Positions 61,501 through 64,000 of a stretch of 64,000 nt of DNA are shown here, piece after piece. The translations under genes were made by a program, and so were the position numbers. Location of the stretch: positions 1 to 64,000 of the forward strand of contig MNCI01002962.1 in the NCBI GenBank assembly GCA_015680685.1. The letters are read 5' to 3'. Under the pieces are notes generated by a model. The model was not told the origin of the DNA, did not search any database, and saw only the letters and a list, made by a program, of their open reading frames with translations. Origin of the DNA: Gnetum montanum. Its lineage: Eukaryota; Plantae; Gnetophyta. Position 1 is the stretch's first letter. Each line of letters begins with the position of its first letter.

Positions 61501-61775
61501 TACGTATAGAAGCATGGGTACCGGGTCTATGCTCTGTATTGTGAAAAAGAAATAAAAAGAGAAAGAGAAAGAATGCCACCAGAAAAGAACAGACACATCA
61601 GATGACGAAATTATCATTCCACAGGCACTTGTGCTGACCAACAACAAAAACGATTTCGATTTCAATTGAAAAATAAAGTGAAGTGGAGAGGTTTGCAAGG
61701 TACCTTTGAATTATCGTAGAATTTGGTGAGTCGCGGTTTGCCCTGTGTATTTAACACAACCACCGCCCGAATCAT
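7505..61775 (-). CDS. AP3S: AP-3 complex subunit sigma (clathrin adaptor small chain), 7 exons, 167 aa
   Basis: Hand-assembled exons 61704-61775, 58243-58285, 34375-34436, 14679-14775, 12712-12782, 7669-7760, 7505-7571; all introns GT-AG with consistent phases, 504 nt total. Protein MIRAVVVLNTQGKPRLTKFYDNSKSLEKQQDLIREVYGALCSRAENTSNFLDADALYGPDTKLVYKHYATLYFVIIFDSCENELAILDLIQVFVEALDKCFKNVCELNIVFNFSKLHTVLDEMIVGGQVVETNSHEVMEAVQEILNLERSSESVPIVSRAAAGRQSR* carries the sigma-3 hallmarks (GKPRL-KFY, YKHYATLYF, ENELA-LDLIQV-VE-LDKCF-NVCEL, GGQV-ET). Confidence 0.96.
7669..7760 (-). CDS. AP3S: AP-3 sigma exon 6 (LHTVLDEMIVGGQVVETNSHEVMEAVQEIL)
   Basis: CCAG| acceptor, |GTAAAT donor, 92 nt. Confidence 0.96.
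9251..9340. repeat. 44-bp tandem duplication (2 copies)
   Basis: GTGCTAAGTTACTGTTATCTGATTTGTTAACAGTTATTG(C/A)GCTA repeated, 1 mismatch. Confidence 0.9.
9404..9831 (+). mobile_element. 5'-truncated young L1 copy F: coiled coil plus intact J-domain end of the ORF2 extension
   Basis: ORF 9409-9804 is homologous to the 3' ends of copies A, C, D, E; GC- and CpG-rich in an AT-rich intron; 3' UTR runs into the N gap. Confidence 0.85.
9409..9804 (+). CDS. L1-borne coiled-coil + DnaJ J-domain (HPD at 9631-9639); C-terminal part of the L1 protein
   Basis: CPYLMLGISSESSWGRLRRHIRRTSAQCHPDAG...QASMQGLQQAASFMDTEEHRNTLD aligns with the J-domain consensus (Y-LGV...I-KAYR-LA-YHPD...F-I-EAY-L-D--R--YD); open without stops. 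Confidence 0.75.
   Translation: MLESQRQRQQAEQEEQTRLREEEEQRQRQLDRAHEHSTRQWLRGGRCPYLMLGISSESSWGRLRRHIRRTSAQCHPDAGTSTDDRNRRQASMQGLQQAASFMDTEEHRNTLDLLHELIRPDCACKQLPTNP
10728..11562. repeat. Complex fold-back repeat array built from a GGACCCTTGGGACCAA / TTGGTCCCAAGGGTCC core
   Basis: About 20 degenerate cores in both orientations; inverted arms about 10858-11002 and 11311-11454; direct 42-bp repeat about 10772 and 11083. Confidence 0.85.
11793..12190 (-). mobile_element. RTE-clade LINE 3' fragment
   Basis: Reverse complement of the same 3' end as 33180-33268 (GACCCCATTTTGTTGGGACAAGGCTAG + GAT repeats); MLRWM and FDHVQ-type C-terminal motifs. Confidence 0.85.
12712..12782 (-). CDS. AP3S: AP-3 sigma exon 5 (VFVEALDKCFKNVCELNIVFNFSK)
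   Basis: TGCAG| acceptor, |GTACTT donor, 71 nt. Confidence 0.96.
14679..14775 (-). CDS. AP3S: AP-3 sigma exon 4 (DTKLVYKHYATLYFVIIFDSCENELAILDLIQ)
   Basis: TGCAG| acceptor, |GTGATA donor, 97 nt. Confidence 0.96.
15178..15991 (-). mobile_element. L1 internal fragment G (accessory domain + coiled coil, broken before the J-domain)
   Basis: Minus frame WQVVAEVVECFVQFGNVSKL*GLHFSFLWCMRMGA*ANLLRYFL..GHHFGLILAL and LWEERW..LEAELRETIREQLQQE match copies C and D. Confidence 0.8.
16281..20049 (-). mobile_element. 5'-truncated L1 copy A (RT, zf-RVT, extension, J-domain with HPY)
   Basis: Poly-T 16279-16291; perfect 15-bp TSD ACTTTTTGTAATGTT at 16266-16280 and 20050-20064; KLDITKAHD, EHYVDDT, CLTCRQEMESWQHL motifs; many stops. 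Confidence 0.92.
20065..20371 (+). mobile_element. Degraded copia-type LTR remnant; related sequence at about 49055-49190
   Basis: TTTCCACATAAAT...TTTCTCAT...TTCCACAATT shared by both sites; ends in CAACA. Confidence 0.35.
21027..21198. repeat. Three copies of GGGATAATG-TTGTCATTTAATTAGCTA
   Basis: Copies start at about 21030, 21125 and 21164. Confidence 0.8.
22914..23621 (-). repeat. copia 3' LTR (708 bp, internal 53-bp tandem duplication)
   Basis: Matches 27638-28265; duplication at about 22957-23063. Confidence 0.95.
23675..25222 (-). CDS. copia reverse transcriptase-RNase H (frameshifted from the upstream ORF)
   Basis: KARLVVKGYAQ, LDIKTAFLHG, SLYGLKQAPRQW, LYVDDML, RPDIAYAV, KHIDVRFHFIRE. 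Confidence 0.95.
   Translation of the reverse strand, partial: TVKEAMTCVDATKWKAAMNDEWESLQQNKTWELVQLPKGRKPLECRWLYRIKSEANGEKRFKARLVVKGYAQKPGIDFQEIFSPVVKHSSIRLVLSLVACMDLELEQLDIKTAFLHGDLEEEIYMKQLEGYEEQQGSGLVCKLKKSLYGLKQAPRQWYKRFDTFMKKLSYQKNNLDHCVYFSGDVSGKFTVLLLYVDDMLIAGNDIAEIKRLKLEMGKEFAMKDLGQAKKILGMNIYRDRKRKKLWLSQEDYIGKVLKRFNMEDAKPVSTPFSAQFNLSKKDCPKSKEDFEKVKNIPYTSAVGSLMYAMVCTRPDIAYAVGVVSRFMTNYGWNHWLAVKWILKYLKGTKAHCLCFGDANLHIEGFVDANFAADHDTRRSSTGYTFIFGGAAVSWLSRLQPLVTLSTTESEYVALTEACKEMLWMKRFLQSLGLKQQRYAVFCDSLSAIHLAKNSAFHARTKHIDVRFHFIREIIEGGLVHVQKVHTKLNIVDALTKPVIAEKHIFCRKKLGITEA
25451..27610 (-). CDS. copia gag-protease-integrase (5' part of the polyprotein)
   Basis: CWYCKKKGHLKKNC knuckle, WLIDLGASFH (protease DSG changed to DLG), WHRRLGH, DVCGPM/FIDD/TDNGGEY/ENGVVER integrase core; ATG just after the PBS. 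Confidence 0.9.
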   Translation of the reverse strand: MERLQTMERLVGRNWNVWSILMKAVLAQKECQKALEPSQPVEMSNADWRKIKTRALSFIHPTLSNGILASIKSDMDPHDLWQTLKNRFDKVSGLNTFHIYQKVFRCKKRSDVSFQDHLDEMMRNLNKLEEYKIVILDLVKSYALLDSLPNSWSAIVTSITTSMSVSSMTFQQVVSTLQDLEGRVDESFRSGNVHVAEERGRSRRCFPSRGRSTDRGVSHGRTQTQECWYCKKKGHLKKNCFAWKAQKNKGKEKKSEEGTLEVHVDDENVSFLIQEQCTVVVDGCSSDIWLIDLGASFHICPDKSCFASYHKVESSFVYAVNGKALKVLGIGSISLQQAGMPKVTIHNVRHVLEVTKKLILVPQLDDLGLNFSSGGGHWRISKGIITILKGKKEDNLYTLMADSCNSSATVSDTENSEVWHRRLGHIGWSSLKVLQNQTLILIFSYAQTDCKDCLVGKSRRVNFRRDLDSKKKNKLELVYSDVCGPMTPISLGGYIYFVTFIDDCTRKVWVYMLKSKDEVFSVFKRFVAKVESETCLKIKCLQTDNGGEYTSKVFADFCNIKGIRHIRTPPSTPQENGVVERCNRTLLDCARTMVSGVGLPKTFWGEVVMTVAYLVNMSPHSSIDNAVPEVVWKGKNVSYSHLRVFGCEAFMHIPKENRTKLEDRAKSCIFVGYGEDELGFRLWDPELERVVRSRDVKFRANVMFSSCKRKTRTEMAQKA
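27638..28265 (-). repeat. copia 5' LTR (628 bp)
   Basis: TG...CA, adjacent to the PBS; about 27 bp shorter near 28090 than the 3' LTR. Confidence 0.95.
28963..29046 (+). repeat. 43-bp tandem duplication inside the L1-B endonuclease region
   Basis: TTGGCACTCCCACTATGTGCCATGTCAGGGGAGGCTTGGA twice. Confidence 0.9.
33275..34285 (+). mobile_element. Old canonical-type L1 3' fragment (zf-RVT, no extension), ending in an A-tract
   Basis: NINKVLLVKLIWQL..KPWVK, CDRCHSKEETL motifs; A-run at about 34276-34285. Confidence 0.65.
34375..34436 (-). CDS. AP3S: AP-3 sigma exon 3 (ALCSRAENTSNFLDADALYGP)
   Basis: TTACAG| acceptor, |GTAAGT donor, 62 nt. Confidence 0.94.
36914..37068 (+). mobile_element. Short L1 3'-UTR fragment H (copy-D-like)
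   Basis: CpG-rich; GGCCACC-gct-GGTGACC...TTTTCAGTAAT...AATCCC parallels the 3' UTR of copy D (48802-48866); ends at an N. Confidence 0.55.
37070..38329 (-). mobile_element. LTR-like sequence (probable gypsy LTR remnant)
   Basis: CCCCTCTATTTATAG (minus-strand TATA context) at about 37246-37260; terminus GGAACATTACA is reconstituted when the solo LTR is removed. Confidence 0.4.
38330..38744 (+). mobile_element. Solo LTR of the same copia family, opposite orientation (middle collapsed at an N)
   Basis: Reverse complement of the 22914/27638 LTRs; TGTTGGAAAAA...TATAACA; flanked by CATTAC on both sides. Confidence 0.92.
38752..43285 (+). mobile_element. L1 copy C (ORF2 only, with extension and J-domain HPN)
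   Basis: ATG 38783 MKILSWNCR, SDHR, FRPIRVCN, KLDITKAYD, EHYANNT, LWSLWKTRNNPIF then extension; HPN at 43058-43066. Confidence 0.9.
43286..48885 (+). mobile_element. L1 copy D (partial ORF1, ORF2, extension, J-domain with intact HPD)
   Basis: ORF1 43325-43720 DUF4283-like; ORF2 ATG 44028 MKLLSWNCRG..CLQETK..GDFNQ; QQGDPLLP, EHYTDDT; HPD 48368-48376; stop 48541; A-tail 48879-48885. Confidence 0.92.
48242..48541 (+). pseudogene. J-domain segment of L1 copy D
   Basis: WLWNGRCPYLVLAINCECSWGALKRHICCTSTHFHPDGG...AMQAIQHAANFVDSKLHRNTLD. Confidence 0.75.
49651..55426 (+). mobile_element. Near-full-length L1 copy E (ORF1, ORF2, shortened extension, J-domain HPN)
   Basis: ORF1 SLISKF..WVAMHW; ORF2 ATG 51162; EHYADDT; CPMCMATMET; A-tail 55417-55426; TSD candidate AAC(A/G)TTT(G/T)AAGAAAACC at 49634-49650 and 55425-55441 (15/17 match). 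Confidence 0.92.
55560..56795 (+). mobile_element. Degraded copia internal fragment (gag knuckle, protease, integrase)
   Basis: C*FCKRKGHLK, ILDS, DCDVGKSRQVNF..KNKLDLI*SDVVGP..YFVTFIDD, TPQQNG..RCNRTVLE; related to the 22914-28265 element. Confidence 0.8.
58243..58285 (-). CDS. AP3S: AP-3 sigma exon 2 (SLEKQQDLIREVYG)
   Basis: CAG| acceptor, |GTCAGA donor, 43 nt. Confidence 0.92.
58877..60655. mobile_element. 1779-bp element with about 370-bp inverted LTR-type ends and a 5-bp TSD
   Basis: TGTAAC...ATTACA termini; CATAT at 58872-58876 and 60656-60660; 58877-~59250 is the reverse complement of ~60283-60655; LTR end GGGATGTCACA at 59381 followed by PBS-like TGGTATTAGAGC. Confidence 0.88.
60179..60283. 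repeat. Perfect 44-bp inverted repeat with a 17-nt spacer
   Basis: 60179-60222 is the exact reverse complement of 60240-60283. Confidence 0.95.
61704..61775 (-). CDS. AP3S: AP-3 sigma exon 1 (MIRAVVVLNTQGKPRLTKFYDNSK)
   Basis: ATG at 61775, 72 nt, donor AAG|GTAC. Confidence 0.95.
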
Positions 61776-61897
61776 TTCGATGATTCCTCGCAAAATCGAA
61801 TCAAAACCTGGAGCCACTCTGTTTCGTTTGTTTGTCTGGCTGATGTGATTTGTCCAGAAGCAGAGGGAGAGATTGTCTTCGGTTTTTACGACTAAAC

Positions 61898-62001
61898 CAG
61901 CTTAAAATAACATCACTATTTGCATTCTAAATAATAGATACTAGTAAACAGCCTAAAATAACATCACTATTTGCATTCTAAATAATAGATACTAGTAAAC
62001 A
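61898..62001. repeat. 51-bp tandem duplication upstream of the AP3S start codon
   Basis: TAAAATAACATCACTATTTGCATTCTAAATAATAGATACTAGTAAACA twice. Confidence 0.9.
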
Positions 62002-62259
62002 TAAATTTGTAGAAATAAAAGTTTATATATTTCATATACGTTGATGAAGGAATACATTGCACAATTATTGCAACAAATATTACCGAGTTTCAGAATAGAA
62101 TTGAGCAAAAAACAAAATACAATGATAAGTGTGAAATCAATATGTCTAATTCTCTAATTAGGCAAAACAAACTTCCTATGCCATTTTACTATGAAGATGT
62201 TTAGTATCTGAAATCTTTTTGTATCTCTATATAGAGAAAGGAGGATGAATCTTCAGAGA

Positions 62260-64000
62260 ATCAATGGTCTTAACTCTAAATAATGTAACAAACATTAAAC
62301 CCATAACTTCTCTTGAATCAATGTCAATAGTAGCTTTATCTAGTGTCATTCCTTGAGATTTATGAATAGTCATGGCCCATGTCAACTGTAATGGTAACTA
62401 ACGTGATGCTCCTTAGACCACAGGTATAATTGGCACATGATGAGGATTACCATTATCAAAGAGACATCTAATGTAGGAGTCAAAATCAACAACATACAAT
62501 GGTAATGCAGGTGGTTGTTTACCTAGACGATACATAATACTATAAATCATGTCAAGTGCATCATTCACCAATCTTGCTTTAGGCGAAAGGTTAACTGTGA
62601 GTGTAACTCTTGCACCTTTACATATAAGCAGTGATCACTCAATATCATCATTGTCATCATCTAAGATTCTAAATCGATAAGGATCTTTATCTGCTACACA
62701 CACAACAATGGGTCTCTACATTGTTTGCAACATCTTTTTATTGTGTGATTGAACTTTATCCTTTGTATCATATAAGTGCATTGATTCTTCAAAATCATCT
62801 AATTCACTCAAAGTGGATGAAAGATTCATTTGAGTAGCCAAGAAATTATAATCTTCATCATGGCTTTTTCCTTCTCAAATATGCATCAATACTTCCCTAA
62901 ATCTTTTTTGCTGAGGATTAGTTCTAGATTGACGATAAAATGCATCTAAAACAACCAAGGCATGAAATGATTGCCAAACCCCTATAATATATGGATTCCT
63001 AGATGCATAAGGGACAACATTGAGCAAAGGAGAAAGCCAAACCAAATCACTTATCAATATAATTGATCTTCCTTCAAAAACTTCATTGTGATGCTCTAAA
63101 AATTTCTCTTAGTCGTCTATTAATGCTTTGTAATAATCTTCCACCCACAAAACTCATTTTATCAATTATTATATATTTTACTTGTGATAGTCAATATTGT
63201 ATATTTATCTTTGCATAGGAAGAGAGTTCTTTCCAGGCACCTATTGTAATGTTCAAACTAAAATGAATGGTTGCTACATTAATGTTAAATGTCGCAGCTC
63301 CTATGTGTGCCATAACAAGTAAAGCATTATATTCCATGAAAGCATTACGAAGCGCAGCATTACAAAGCGCACCTATGAGAAATGACTTTTCTATACTAGC
63401 TCTTAGATAATCATTTGTAAAGGGGAAATAACCTCATTCGTTGACTGTGAAAACATCATGTGCCCTACAATTTTATTATAACATTTCTTTTGCTTTACAC
63501 CTAGCTTATCAGAATCGTAGACACTATAATCACAATCAATAACAATCATGGAGCAAGATGATTTATTATTAGTAATAAAACCTGTAGTGAACTTTGCAAC
63601 ATCCTCTCGTGAATATTGTAATGTCTAATCATGCATTCTATTAACATCCCATAGGCCAAGCATCTCCAATTTTGTTCTCTGAAAATGGCCTATTGATAAG
63701 AGATGACGATTCAAGATTTCAAAATCATATTCCTCATGATCCTGCACCTAGGGAGTTACATCTACAAATTATCTTTCTTCCTCCAAAGCTCATTGAAATT
63801 CTTTTTCAATATTAATCTCTGATGTTACATATAGATGTTGAATGGACAACCACTTCATTTCAATCTCCTCATCATTACAACCAAGATCTCACTTCACATC
63901 TCTAAATGAATAATGCAACAATGACATAGCTCAACAATATTCAATCAATTTTTGTTCCTCTTGCTTCAGTGGGATGAAAAACTTGGAATAATATCTAACA
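62260..64000 (-). pseudogene. Degraded PIF1-family helicase, probably a Helitron RepHel remnant
   Basis: Minus-strand motifs: degenerate Walker A (..KSFLI), AHIGAATFNINVATIH, YIIIDKMSFVG..RRLREIF, GRSIILISD, GARVTLTVNL..LVN, LPLQLTWAMTIHKSQGMTLDKA; many stops. Confidence 0.8.

Noticed and set aside
61206-61698. Minus-strand ORFs in AP3S intron 1
   Set aside because: Low-complexity U-rich intron sequence with no homology signal

Overview
Land-plant nuclear DNA with assembly gaps at 188-802, 9832-10030 and 53917-53990. One host gene spans almost the whole window on the minus strand: a 7-exon, 167-aa AP-3 adaptor complex sigma subunit (ATG 61775, stop 7505), with introns up to about 24 kb full of retroelements. 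The dominant repeat is an L1-clade LINE family with five long copies and three fragments. ORF1 is DUF4283-like with a CCHC knuckle; ORF2 has endonuclease, RT (YADD) and zf-RVT. Main discovery: ORF2 of this family does not end after the zf-RVT/W-x-x-R-N motif. It reads on for about 1.4 kb through an uncharacterised TE-accessory-like domain and a coiled coil into a C-terminal DnaJ-type J-domain (HPD, intact in two copies). Other contents: a Tnt1-like Ty1/copia element nested in an L1 that is nested in an RTE LINE; a copia solo LTR; a degraded copia; a 1.8-kb element with inverted LTR-type ends, a 5-bp TSD and a perfect 44-bp hairpin; a fold-back repeat array; and a degraded PIF1-helicase (Helitron-type) remnant upstream of the gene. 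All domain calls are by manual motif recognition; no database searches were run.
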